A stretch of 63,996 bases of DNA, filler included, from Guillardia theta CCMP2712 (taxonomy: Eukaryota > Protista > Cryptophyta), in the NCBI RefSeq assembly GCF_000315625.1. It is 8 parts of 8 records of this genome, joined end to end, with 100 filler letters (N's around TTAATTAATTAA, not from the genome) between each part and the next. Parts side by side here need not be neighbours in the genome. Positions count along the whole stretch, not along the records: positions 53,519 to 57,115 come from NW_005434118.1; positions 57,216 to 60,637 come from NW_005434590.1; positions 60,738 to 63,996 come from NW_005434563.1; 5 more parts are not named here. The stretch is one strand, 5' to 3'. A program made the position numbers and the translations under genes. Below, piece after piece: positions 53,519 to 63,996 of the stretch. How positions within the stretch are numbered: the first letter of the stretch is position 1; each line of letters opens with the position of its first letter. The notes under the pieces are model-generated. The model made no database searches and had not been told where the DNA came from. It saw nothing but the letters and a program-made list of their open reading frames with translations.

Positions 53519-54607
53519 GGTAAGGAAAGGAAGATGAAAGAGGGTCGTGCGAAGGGGCGGAGAGAGGAAGGAGAGAGGAGTGGCAGAGGACGAGGGCACG
53601 CAATTCAGGAGAATGTACGGTTCGCAGAGTTGGGAGGAGGAGGAGGAGGATGGGAGGACACTGAGCAGGACAAGGACCAGGAGGATGATAAATAACGAGG
53701 AAGAGGAGCAGGAGCAGGAGGTCAGCGCGCGAGTTTCTACCTTCTTCCGCGAGGAGATGCCGCCAGCTGTCGTTCGTCTCCAGCTGGACAGGGACCTGGC
53801 AAGGACTCACTCTCCCTTCCCCAGCTGCAGTGACCCCGCAAACCTGGTAAGGGAAGGCAAACTGCTCCAACTCTCGCACCTCGGGCACACTGGGATAGCA
53901 CCAGAGCTGCTCGGGGATGCACGAGGCCACGCAGGAGGAGGAGGAAGTGGAGTCGCCACTGCTGAGCGCGTCTGCCCACATGGCATGCGCTGTATTGCCC
54001 GAGACGCCGTAGAGAACCAGGTGCTCGAGCAGCCGCTCGTTACCCATGTCCTCGTCGTACTCGGAGATGGCGTCTTGGAACGTGCTGGAGGAGATGCCGG
54101 AGAGGTTCCGTCCTACGAGACAGCCCTGGTCGCTCCTTCCGCACTCCTCGGTGAAGAGCTCCTGGGAGGCAGGAGCAAGGTGAAAACTCCCGTGCAGCTC
54201 TCCTCCCCTCTCGTCGTTCCCAGCCTGAGCCAGCGGAGGGGAGGAAGGGCGGAGGGGAGGGGAGAGGCAGAGGTTGGCCGGAGTAGCGTCGGAGGAGGAG
54301 ACCATGCTTCGCTTCCTGAGGGAGGGGTTGGCGGCTGCAAACAACTCCATCTGCCGCGAAGGGACTTCTGGGGTGATCTTTGCCCCTCGCTCCATGTGCT
54401 CGCATAGACTCTGCAGCGCACGATACCTGACAAGCAATCCAGTAAGACCGAGAAGAGCATGTTGCCTTGAACCCTTCCTATCTCCTTGCCCACCTTTCCT
54501 TCTCCAGCTCCTGTGCTTCCCATCGCCTTCTCTACCCATCTCTTCTCCACCTCCTGCATTCTCTTCCTTCTCTTTCTGCTTTTCCCTCTCCTGCACCGCT
54601 CTTGCAC

Positions 54608-54672
<65 letters not shown>

Positions 54673-55510
54673 ACCTTCGTCCTTCCTTGTCTCCACTTGG
54701 TTCTCGTTGTACCCCTCGTTTTCAACCCACCCTCCCCTCATCCTCAGCCATTCTCTTCATTTAGATCTGCTTCACTCCCTTCCCGCTGATCCCGCTCCCC
54801 TCTTCTCCTCACCTTCCTTTCCACATGTTCACCTCACCCATGAGGGCTGCGTTCTCGTCCATCAGTCGTCTGATCTCCTCGGTGCTGTCAGAGCTGCTGC
54901 CTGCGATGCGCCTGATCCCCAAAGAGTCGATCTGCTGCTTAGCAGTATGCGGCATTGCGCTCTCAAGCGCGCGAAAGGCTTTACCGACGGCCAACTTGAC
55001 GAACGACTGAGGGATCGCGATCTTGGACTTCTTGCTGTCAGAAGCATCCTTCTGCGTGAAGGACATGCTCAACTCTCAAACGACCCTCACGACCCTTCGC
55101 TGCCCATCGATAGTGATTCAATCTATGCACCCGGTACAGCAACACCAGCGGGCTAAGGCAAGCTTGCTTCTCGTCTCCTTGCTCACAGAGGCATGAAACA
55201 ATCGTCAACATACATCATGCTTGTCGTCTGCCGCACTTGTGACGTCGTCGGTCACAACTACATCACGCAACCTTCCACAAACGTCAGTTGACCTCTTGCA
55301 CCCCCTTCTTCTCCTCTCCTCATTTTCGTATGGATCTCTTGCTCGTGCCACGTCTGCACTCTTCATCCTTCTCATGCTAGAAGTCTCGTGCTGATGAAAA
55401 TCCTCCAGTCCCTCTACCTCCCCATGCTCATATTCTGCGCTACTACGGAATGGTCCCTTAATGATGCCATCCTCTTTCTCCTCTACATCCAGCTTCCTCC
55501 ACTGATCCAT
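53519..55510 (-). CDS. Probable uDENN/DENN-like protein, N-terminal part; 3'-truncated
   Basis: RLLEHLVLYGVS..CIPEQLWCYPSVPEVRELEQFAFPYQ resembles the uDENN pattern (lfe.F.vvG..P..l..yP..l..FcFP); upstream short coiled coil; start tentative. Confidence 0.5.
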
Positions 55511-56592
55511 CTGCTGCTCCCGCTCCCGCTCCTCCTCTTCCTCTGCTGCTTCTTCTCTCTCCCCCCTACCCCCAGCATTCCCTCCTCCTCTTCTCCTCCT
55601 CGTCCCCTTCACTCCGATACGCCGGCCTTCAGAGGAGCCATTTCGCCGCTGTATATAACTATTATTATTTATACATATAAAACAATAATCGAGGATTTTG
55701 TATTGCAGTGTTCTACAACATCATTATGTAATGGTACTACATTCCTCCACTTTATGTACCATTATAATACAAATAATGTTATGTATACCAGTGCTTTTTA
55801 TTCAAAGTTAAGTTAAAAATCATTACGAGGTTTTTATTAGTTACAAGTCACGGTACGGTCACCGGGTGTCGCCGAGGCTCCAAGTCCGGGCCGGCGGGCG
55901 GCGGCCCGGCGGCCCCCGGTCCGATCGTACGCTGCGGCTCAGCTGATCATCATCATGATGGGCCACCGCGGCAGCAGATTGTCGGCAGTGCCCGGACATT
56001 GACTGACGGTGATTAAAGGTACAAAAAGACTAGTTTAGGACAAACGAGAACCTATCATGAATACCGTACTGCCAAGTGCTGCCGCAGTGCCCCGTCTGTC
56101 ATCCGGACCGCCGCCTGAGTCGGGAACTTGTGTGCCGTGAGCGCCAATGTGACGGCACGGCCCGGAGTCTGTCGGAGCTGAGCGCCGGTAACCGTTCGGT
56201 TAAACCGTTGTCAGTGACACCGGGCCGCGTGACTGAGCCTCCGTTTAAAGGAGGGCCAGCCTGGCACCGACTAGTATTCCGACGGAAGCCTTGAAGGCTG
56301 ATTGAATCGGTGCGTTTGAGGCGAGCCTCAGGCTAAAGGTGAAACCGTGCCTCCTGAACCTGAAGTTTTTCAGCAGCTTGCGGCTGACCGTCGCTGAGAT
56401 CTAAACACCCCAGGCTAAAACTCTTTCAAGCCTGCGTCTCAACTCACACCTTTTCGCGCTCCCTTACAAGGACGGAGAGGGTCCAAGTCTCGTGACCCAT
56501 CTTAAAATCGTTTTAGCAGCAAATAAATTAGTCAACTACTACCATCGCCTCCCCTTGCCTCCCTTGCCTCTGCCCTCCTCCCGCCACTCCCC

Positions 56593-57115
56593 ATGGCCTC
56601 GCCCTCCTTTGATCTTCCTCCTTCCAGCATCCTCTCTCCTCTCCCTTCCCTCCCGACTGTTCGCATCGTCTATCCCCGACGCCCCCCCTCCCTCGCACCT
56701 GACCAAGCTCGCCGTCCCCTCTTCCAGCGCATCACCCGCGAGCGCATCTGCTCGCTCATGCACCTCAGCCAGCCCGAGGCAGCCCGGCAGCTGGTGAGTA
56801 GAGCCACGAGCGAGGTAGAGGACACAAGGAGGAAGAAGCAGAGAGCGGCTGCAGGGAGGCAAGGGGGCGGGGGAGGCAGCAGGGAGGCAGAGGTAGGGGA
56901 GCACAAGGACGGAGGGTCGTGCGAGGTCAGCGCTGACTGTGTTGCCTCAGGGCCTCTCCGTCTCCGCCCTCAAGAAGGCGTGCAAAGCCCTCGGCGCCGG
57001 CCGCTGGCCGTACCTGAGGAGAAACCCAGCCAAGCCCTTGGTCATCGAGGAGGAGTGGCTGGCGTGGTACATGTCGATGGGGCTGGAGGAGGATGGTGTC
57101 ACACCTCGAAGATTC
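56593..57115 (+). CDS. RWP-RK domain transcription factor (exons 56593-56793, 56951->57115), 3'-truncated
   Basis: ITRERICSLMHLSQPEAARQL|GLSVSALKKACKALGAGRWPY; GT-AG intron 56794-56950. Confidence 0.9.
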
Positions 57116-60100
57116 NNNNNNNNNNNNNNNNNNNNNNNNNNNNNNNNNNNNNNNNNNNNTTAATTAATTAANNNNNNNNNNNNNNNNNNNNNNNNNNNNN
57201 NNNNNNNNNNNNNNNGAGGGAGAGAGGGAGGGGAGGTTCGTGGTGGGTGTGCGGGGGGCAGGGGCAGACTGGGCGGGGACGGGGAGAGGGAGAGAAAAAG
57301 AGGTGGACGAGTGAGAGGTGGCGGGGAGGGATGGAAGTAAGAGGGTGAGTAGTTGGAGCAGGCAGCATGTGATCGACGACAGAAGAGAACAAAAGGAGGA
57401 AGAAGAAGAGGTGAAGAACATGAGGAGATTGATGGATTCACTCTACACGACCTCTCGTCCTCTTCACACCTGAAACTCTTGGATAGAGCTTGTCATCATG
57501 AGGCCTGATATCGGGACTGGGCTTGTCTGCACAAAGAGCACGTTCAGTGTTTTGAGCAGAGGAAGTCAGATCTGTTGCAGATTCTACGATTGCTATCGTA
57601 CACAAGTTGTCGTTCATCCCGTTCTACTAGGCTAGCGACTCGTCAGAATGCCTTCTGCTCTACCTTCCCTCCTCAGATTCGTTGTGCGAATACCTCCTGC
57701 TCGCTTGATACGACTGCTCTGCTCTGATCTTTTCTGGTCTCCCCTCCTCTTGCCCCCGCCCTCCACTCTTCAGCTACTGGCATCAAAACTGGATCTTTTC
57801 TCTACATACCTGATTCTCTGCCTTAACTCACTCCCTTCCTCTACCTTGCCTGCTACTCTATCCCCTCCTTACTCTCACCCTCACTCTCTCCCTCTTTCTG
57901 ACTTGCTGGAAAATCGCTCTGACTTACCTCTTCCTCTCCCTCTCCCTCCCCCTCCCCATCCTTGTTCTCGTCCCCTCACCCCTCGCCCTCTCCCTCTCCC
58001 TCTCCCTCTCCCTCCTCGTCCACGTCCTCCCCCTCTCTCTCTCTTCCTCTCCCTCTTCTTGCAACTTCTTCGCTCCTCTTCCTTACCTCCCTCATCATCA
58101 TCCCGTCGGGCGCCGGCATCTTTTGACTTCGTTCTACAAGTCTATTTTAGCGATCATGAAATTTGTACCTGATAAATGTGTCTTCAATTTCTCTGGTACA
58201 TAGCATGCTGTAATATATTTTTAATCTCATATAACTTGTACAAATTATTTGTAATGAGAGAAAAGGCATCGTGATACATTCACCCAAAAATCTGTACTCT
58301 CATAAACTTCAGTACAAAAACAGAGAAACTTTCAGGTAGTAATTTATAAATGTCCCCATCCTGGTACTTTTGTAGTTTTACAACGAGCTCAACTTGAAGT
58401 TTGTCCGAGGAGTTGCTTCCGAGGGAGAGGGGGGGGTGGTACCCACCACCCACCACCAACATTCCTCACTACCCACCTTATGGTACTGAGCATCACACAC
58501 CCTGTACGTCAAGTGACGGGGGTCCATAAGACAACCTACCCGTACCAGTACCTAATTATATGTCTAGATAGTGAGGGTGAAAGGTTCGAGGGGTAGGGTC
58601 TGTTGCTCGGACCCCCGACCCCCCAGTTCTGGGAGCCGATGTTCCGGCTAACAGCCTGGGTCAGTACCCCTAGTAACTTGCAGGCACCGTGCCAGTGAGA
58701 ACCCGAGTTGGGGGGGGTCCACTGGCTGCCGTAGTACAATATATGTCAGTAAAAAAAGTCATTGTGTACTAAATCGATTCAATCGGGTTCGCCGCCGAGT
58801 AGCCCGCCGGAAAATTTCTTTACTCAAAGTTAAGTTAAAAATCAGTACGAGGATTCAAGTCACCGTGGCCAAGTTTACTCATCTATGAGTACCGTCGGGC
58901 CCCCGCTGGAGCCGGTACAGTGCACCCCCCGATAATATTGAATGGCATTTGCGGCAAGGTACGGGCCCCCGCCAGCCGGCCCGACGGTCACCGTGCGGCT
59001 GCGCGGACTCGGCCCGGGGGCGGGACGTTGCCAGCAGCCTCGCCCCCGGGCCCCGGGCGGCCGCTGATGATCGCCCGGGACGATGCGCCCGCGGCCCGTT
59101 GACCATCGGACGGCGTGAGCCGCCGGCCCCGCGGCACCGCCGGGCCGGGTGACCCACCGGTGGCAGTGACCGGTCCGGGCTCATGCTGCCGCCCGGCCGC
59201 CCCCCGGGGGCCCGCGGCGAGCACTGGCGGCCGGGCACTCCCCGGCCCGTGCCAGTGTGCGGTCACCCGGGTCGGACCGTCACTGGCCGCACTTTGCCAG
59301 ACGGTTCAAGGCTGCCGGACCCGGGGGTAGATCGGATAGTATGAGGGGGGTGGGTGTGGTACTGAGAGCAGACGCCGGTACTACAAGCCCGGTGGCGGGG
59401 AGGGTCCTGTGCCTGATCTATTTCCGGCTGAGAAAGAAAGTCGCTATGGTGAGTTCGGGGTGTGTGTGTAGGTGCAAGATGGCATGGCGGGAGAGGATGA
59501 TAGAGAGGATGGTGGTAATGAGATAGAGAATGAACACAGACATGATGACATGTGAATTGTTGGATCATATATGATGTGTGGGGATGTTGTTTCCTCGAAG
59601 AACAAGTGTACTTTTGGCCCCAAGTTGTGAACAGGCTTCAAGTGAAAGAACACGAGAGTTCAAACGGTGGCCAACACGAGTTAACATTCAGACTTCTTAA
59701 TCTTGTGCTATATTATCATCTTCAACCAAAGGACGCGCAGGAGCTGCTCGTTTCCTGTTGAAGAGGATCAACACCAACAGGAGGCAGCAACTGCTTTCAC
59801 CCCCATGATGAGTGTTACTTTCATGTCCACTCGCTTGTTTCACGCTCGAAGAGCCATGTTGCCATGAGACTTTTTGCATGATAGGAACGTGGCTGTAGCA
59901 ACACAACACCATCTCTTGTACCTTCAGCTGACACTTGTGTACAGTTCCAGACCGTCGCGCAGTTTCAGGAGCTGTACTACTACCGTCCCTGGGCGTGAGT
60001 TTGCCTTGAGATACTCCTAACAAGCGTTGAAACGATTCCTTGCAGGAAAACTCAGAACGAGGGCTATGCTGATCATATGTACATGAGAAAGCTCTTCTGG

Positions 60101-60737
60101 GACCACTCCTTTGCTTACGACGATTCTTACTATCAGGTGTCTTTTGTTGCGGTGTGAAGATCAGTTGTTGATCGAGCCTTTCCAGGACCCTCCCGCACAC
60201 AAGCACCAGTCTGTCTCCTACAATGCCTATGCCGACAGAAAGGACTACCTCAAGATCTTGAATGCCTACGGGACAGGGTGCGCCTCCTCGCACTGCTATT
60301 AAGCAAACAGCAGAAAGGAAGACAGGTCCATGACAACCGGGCTTGCTATTTAGGGTTTTTTCCACTTTGAATGCATTCATGTGCAAAAACTCACACCATT
60401 GTTTTGAAATATGGCGCAAGTTCATAACTAGCATCATCTGTTGTTCGACTCTCTGCTCTCTCCCTGCAACCAACAGCATCCTCAGCACGTGTTACGTGTA
60501 TGCTCGCATCGACTGCAACCGTTTCCTCCTTTCTCAACCATGAAGCCCAGGGCATCGAAGCCCCTTCGCATAAGAGCACCTTGAAACGACAATCGTTGCT
60601 GGCCTGGTCATGTAATTGGATTCTTAAAGACTGCAACNNNNNNNNNNNNNNNNNNNNNNNNNNNNNNNNNNNNNNNNNNNNTTAATTAATTAANNNNNNN
60701 NNNNNNNNNNNNNNNNNNNNNNNNNNNNNNNNNNNNN

Positions 60738-63700
60738 TCAGACCTGATGAGACGTCTGCTCCAAGAATGCGAGAATGGACGATGAGCAAGCCTGATCTGA
60801 TGTTTAGACGATGACGAGACGAGGAGAGGAGAGGAGAGGAGAGGAGAGGAGAGGAGAGGAGAGGAGAGGAGAGGAGAGATAAAACAAGACAAGACAGGAT
60901 ATAAAACAACACATAACATGGCATGACAAGGCAAGACATGTCATATCCGTCCTCGACCTGCTTGTTGTATTGCATCATGGTCGTCAAGAGGTTTTCAGCT
61001 GTTGGTCTGATTCGCAGCCCCTCCTCGTTGAACTCTTGGTGCACAAACGTCTCTGCGTCGTCTAGGCAGCAGGTGTGAGCGAAAACTCTTGAGAGAAGAG
61101 ATGAACAACAACATGTGAAACTTGCAGTGCATGTAAGTTGTTGGATGCGCATTATGATGGAAATGTCAGAGGCAACGGCGCTGGGTTACAAGGGATGGAG
61201 ATGCAAACGATAATGTTGATGAAAGTGGGATGTACATCACAGAAGTGATCAGAAAGAGAAGACAACATCATGGAGGCATCAGTGATACTACAAGGCGGAG
61301 AAGGAAAACACCATGACTAGAAGGTCAGATCAAGATGAAGATGTTGATGAGAACCCGCAAGTATCATGTTCCCACCGGCCCACTCATGAAGGTCGACGGG
61401 TTGGAGAGGGAGGAGAGCGGAGATGGTGATGTCAGTCAGATGCTTGATCGCATCTCCAGACATGATGTTGTTCAGAAGCTCCGAAACCTTCAAATTCAGT
61501 CACTGACCACCATTTCCATCGCCATCGCCCATCGCCATCTCCCTCATCCTCTTCATCTCCATCTCCATCTCCTCGTCCTCGTCCTCGTCCTCGTCTTCCT
61601 CCGCCTCATCATCATCATCATCATCATCATCGTCATCTTCTTCTTCTATCTATTTACATCTCGCAACAAACCTCGCAACACAGCAGTTCTGAAATCACAC
61701 TTTCTACAGCTCAAACCCTGCTCAACAGCACAACACTGCAATACTCTGCGCAGAGAACCTCTTGCCCGCCTCTCAACCAACACAAGTCCAGCTACATATT
61801 GTTCACCTCTGTACATGTTGGAAGTGGCTTGGAGGACGACGATGTCTCCTGACCTGAATTCTTGTTCTTCCCGCCTGCAGAAGGCAAAAGGTCAGGCTGC
61901 AGTGGGGAGGAGGCTGAGTCGACCTGGGCGGTACTGAGGGCAAGAAAGAACGTTGATGATGAAGAGGATTGATCTGATGACGATCTCTTCCTGGTTTCCA
62001 AGAGAAGTCAGCAGAAGTTGGAGAAGTATGTGGGAGCAGAAGATGGAGAAGTATGTCGTTTGTAGAGACAGTGAGGAATGAATCAGGCAAAGTATGGAAA
62101 CGAGATGCAAAGGAGGAGGTTCAAAGAAGGATAATCTGATTCTGTTGTAGTTTGAATCGAGGATGCTGATTCTGCGATTTGGATATTGTTGTTGTGTGTG
62201 TTTGTTGTGTGTCTGTCTTGTGTTTCTTTTGTTATGATCTCCACCTGATGCACTTGAAAGCTGTGAGATGGGTTTGTGACAACTGCTTGCGCGTAATGCT
62301 CCAGCGTCTAAGACCACAATCAGAGAGAGGAGAGGAGAGGAGAGGAGAGGAGAGGAGAATACCTGAAGCGCTTGTGATAGGAAGGCGGGGAGAAATTTGG
62401 AGAAAGAGAGAGGGAGGGCATGATGAAGCTCGTTAATCTGATACAAGCCGATCATGTGAGAAACGAGAGACGCTGGTGATGATGAAGAGGAGGAGATGAG
62501 AAGAGGAGAGAGGACGGGAGGGCGAAAGAACGTGAAGCAAAGGTATTTGTACGAGGAAGAGGAGGAGGAGGAGGAGGAGGAGGAGGAGAAGGGGCAAGGA
62601 GAGAAGTAGAAGTAGAAGCAGGAGAACGAGGAAGAGGAGGACTGCAAGTAGGAAAGAGGAGGTGGGAGGGCGAGGCATGGGGGAGTGGGGGGGAAGGGCA
62701 GCAATTGGGGATGAGAAGAAAGCAGGGGACCAAGGATCACTATCCAAGTTAACTTGTGTGTGAGATGTTTAAGGTACTGACCAAGATGGCTGTCTTGACG
62801 GAGGTCTTAGATACGTGCTGATGTGCCTCGTTGTCTTCGTTGAAGGTCAAGAAGGTGCGAGCTTGGAGCGACTGAGAAGATCAAGAGGATCAAAAAGGCA
62901 GGAAGAAAGGAGGAGGGAGGAAGAGAAGAAGGAAGCGGGAGGAGGAGGAAGTGAAGAAGGAAGTGGGAGGAAGGGAGAAGGAGGAAGGGAAGAAGGAAGT
63001 GGGAGGAAGGGAGAAGGAGGAAGAGGAGGAGGAGGAGGAGGAAGAGAAGAAGGAAGGAAGAGGAGAGAGGAGGAGGGAAGAAGAGAAGGAGGAGGGAGGA
63101 GGGAGGCACTGGGAGGCAATTACAATAAGGTTGAACCCACCTGAAGCGAGAACTCTAGATAGCTCGTTATCTCTTCTGAGAGGTCCAATCTTGGGAACCC
63201 TGATAAAGTGCTAAATATCACCTTCTACCTCCTTTCCGTCCCTCTTCACTCCCGTTCTCCTTCTCCTACTCTTCCTGCAGCCTCCTCCACCTACTCCACC
63301 TCCTGCTCCTGCTGCTCCTGCTGCTCATCGTCGCTGAAGTCTAATCACCGTAGCAGAGCAGCCGGCGAGAGATCTTAGTTATGTACAACTCGACGAAAGC
63401 AGCTTCGGCGTTGTGATCCGCTGAACAAAGAATCAGTATGCGTGCACGCAAACAGGAAATAGAAATCGGACAATAAGAAACATGGAAACATGAAAGCAGC
63501 CTTTGAAACACTGAAATAAGAAAATCGTGTTTTGAAACATTGGAAAAAACATTAAGACAACAGATTCTTGAAGATTTTCAAGATCATTATCACGGCGTCG
63601 GACATCAAAGTCTGCAACCTATGGGGTGGGAAGTTTTGTAGAGACGGAAAAGAATAGAGAAGATTTCTGGCGAGACTTGCGCAAGATGCTTCCTAACAGG

Positions 63701-63740
63701 CCCAACAACCTTGGCGCTCAGCTCCTTGATGACCTGAAGG
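60738..63740 (-). CDS. Internal fragment of an unidentified many-exon gene
   Basis: A series of short AG..GT-bounded coding-like segments (e.g. DAETFVHQEFNEEGLRIRPTAENLLTTMMQYNKQVEDG; IFCSHILLQLLLTSLGNQEEIVIRSILFIINVL) between low-complexity introns. Confidence 0.45.
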
Positions 63741-63781
63741 TTGCAAATCGTTACACAACCAAACTCAACGAGGAGATATTG

Positions 63782-63996
63782 AGATGAAGATGGAGATGGA
63801 GATGGAGATGGAGATGAAGGAATGAAGGTGGAGATGGAGATGAAGATGAAGAAATGAAGATGAAGATGGAGATGAAGATGAAGAAATGAAGATGAAATTT
63901 GAAGATGAAATTTGAAGATGAAGATGAAGATGAAGATGAAGATGAAGATGAAGAGGAAGAGGAAGAGGGAGAGGGAGAGGGAGAGGGAGAAGAAGA
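63782..63996. repeat. (GATGAA/GATGGA)n hexamer microsatellite grading into polypurine
   Basis: Directly visible. Confidence 0.9.

Overview
Eukaryotic, intron-rich DNA; short GT-AG introns with CTGAC branch points, polypurine microsatellites and the gene families present suggest a cryptophyte-like alga (inference). The window is not contiguous: seven 100-bp spacers (44 N + TTAATTAATTAA + 44 N) join eight separate scaffolds, so neighbourhoods are only meaningful within a piece. Recognisable spliced genes: three RWP-RK transcription factors, a Spinster-type MFS transporter, a DUF5710-like protein, a METTL21-type methyltransferase, sarcosine/dimethylglycine dehydrogenase, CWC24/RNF113, a PAQR receptor, a secreted thioredoxin-like/Cys-repeat protein, proteasome alpha-4 (PSMA7), a PDZ protein, the 3' end of an M17 leucyl aminopeptidase, an IPT/TIG-like repeat protein, a uDENN-like protein and a decayed MULE-like transposase. 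Best leads: (1) a tail-to-tail paralogue pair of Hedgehog-type Hog (Hint+SRR-like) proteins with intact catalytic residues, fused to an unrecognised 8-Cys ectodomain split by an RRLL site; (2) a probable ADP-ribosyltransferase gene ending in a homogenised ankyrin array that varies mainly at DARPin-type binding positions; (3) a shared C-terminal WLxWY motif in RWP-RK paralogues; (4) a dispersed ~34-bp intergenic motif near GC-rich promoter islands. All gene models and domain calls were made by eye, without database searches.
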